Positions 62,393 through 64,000 of a stretch of DNA of 64,000 bases are shown piece after piece. This stretch comes from Mobula hypostoma. Taxonomy: Eukaryota. The position numbers were made by a program, and so were the translations under genes. The stretch is from assembly GCF_963921235.1 (NCBI RefSeq), contig NC_086097.1, positions 251,164,001 to 251,228,000 of the forward strand. The letters run 5' to 3'. The notes below the pieces were generated by a model, which ran no database searches, had not been told where the DNA came from, and saw only the letters and a program-made list of their open reading frames with translations. Within the stretch, counting starts at the first letter, position 1. Every line of letters starts with the position of its first letter.

Positions 62393-64000
62393 AACCACAT
62401 CTCAGTAACAGCCACTAAATTATACCCTTTTATATTGATTTGTGTCACAAGACCTTGTTGCGAATACAATGCGCATTCAGATAAACTGCCTTTACACTTA
62501 TTATGCTTTTAAAATCTAGTAACCTTTGTCTCTTTTGCACTTGACTTTTCTGCACCCCGCCTTTACTTTTCCCGTTTTTAACTTTTGTTTTTACTTTATC
62601 TTTATCCATACTTTTCTCTTGCACTTCATCCATACTTCTGAGTCAGTGGTGGAGGCAGATACACTAGAGAAGTTTAAGAGACTACTAGACAGGTATATGG
62701 AGGAATTTAAGGTGGGGGCTTATATGGGAGGCAGGGTTTGAGAGTCAGCACAACATTGTGGGCCGAAGGGCCTGTACTGTGCTGTACTATTCTATGTTCT
62801 ATGTTCTCTAATCTGGTGAACCCGCCTGCTATTTACCTTAAAGCCCTCTCCACAGCTCTAGCTACGCGATTCACCGGGATCGATGTCCCATCACAGTTCA
62901 GGTGGAGGCTGTCCCAATGGAACAGCTCCCTCCTTCCCCAATACTGGTGCCAGTTTCCCATGAATTTAAGCCCTCTTCTCCCAGACCAATCCTTGATCCA
63001 CTCTCTAATCTTCTTGACCCTGTGCCAATCTGCACGTGGCTCAGGTAGTAATCCAGAGATTACCACCATTTTGGTTCTGCTTTTTTAATTTAGTCCCCAG
63101 CTGCTCAAATTCCTTCTGAAGAACCCGTTTCTTCATTCTACCTATGTTGTTGATACCTACATGGGCCACGACAACTGGATCTTTCCCCTTCCACTATAAA
63201 TTCCTCTGCAGGTCAGATAAAATGTCCCAAACCCAGACACCAAGTAGGCAACGCAGCCTGTCACAGAAAACTTTGTCAATTCCAGTGGAATACTTTGTCC
63301 AGTACAGTGCAATTCATGAAATATACAAATTACAATAAAGACATATGTATAAAATTAATAAGTAGTGGAAAAGAGAGCAAAAATAATGATGTGGCATCCA
63401 TACTTTCATTGTCCATTCAGAAATTTGATAGAAGAGGGGAAAAAGCTATTCAAAACGTTAAGTGTGTGTCTTCAGGCTCCTGTACCACCTCCTTGACAGT
63501 AGCAATGAGAAGAGGCATGTCCCGGATTGCTGAGGCCCTTTTTGTTTTGTGAGATACAGCACAGTAACAGGCTCTTCCGGCCCAATGAGTCAAGCACCCA
63601 ATTACACCCATGCGACCAATTAACCAACCAACCCACATTCCTTTGGGATGTGGGAGCACACAGACAAATCCCATGCAGTTATGGGGAGAATGTAAAAACT
63701 CCTTTCAGACAATGATGGAATTGAACTTGGATCACTGGCACTGTAATAGCATTACACTAACTGCTACGCTCCCATGCCGCCCGCAATTTCACTCCCATGA
63801 AACTTTCATTTAAGTTTCAACTGCTGTGAGCTCAATTTGAGTGTATTGCTACTGTGATCCAGAGATTTGCACACCTGGAGCTTGAGATTTTGAATTCAAG
63901 TTCAACATCAAGGTTACTTTTTAATTAATCTCCTCTGCATTTAGCTATAAACCCCTTCATTTCAATATATTATGTGTCCACAGTTAAGAAATTGTGTTGT

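Larger units (their letters stand above)
59455..63260 (-). mobile_element. Degenerate near-full-length CR1 (ORF1 esterase, ORF2, 3' UTR)
   Basis: [14 protein letters not shown] (ORF1); YLNAHCIRNK, MGDLN, NYRPVSL motifs; CR1 tail at ~59455. Confidence 0.88.

Overview
Eukaryotic genomic DNA, most likely from a cartilaginous fish (ray/skate-like; inferred from the CR1-, Rex/Babar-, HE1/V-SINE- and Penelope-dominated repeat landscape). The window is the interior of VIRMA (KIAA1429, scaffold of the m6A writer complex) on the minus strand. I reconstructed 14 consecutive coding exons (59348 down to 929; 3925 nt, about 1308 aa), all with GT-AG boundaries and consistent phases; the gene's 5' and 3' ends lie outside the window. 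The introns are packed with nested retroelements: CR1 (one young copy has a 769-aa open ORF2 segment), Rex1/Babar, two RTE lineages and V-SINEs, plus Tc1 remnants and a non-autonomous Helitron. The most striking system is a family of Penelope-like elements (Neptune-type GIY-YIG) carrying minimal type-I hammerhead ribozymes. It includes a young 1.4-kb copy folded into a ~540-bp near-perfect inverted repeat with a 15-bp TSD, 140 bp from a VIRMA splice acceptor, and a 221-bp non-coding palindromic hammerhead element with a 13-bp TSD. Five intact hammerhead cores are present in total. Repeat boundaries without a TSD are approximate.
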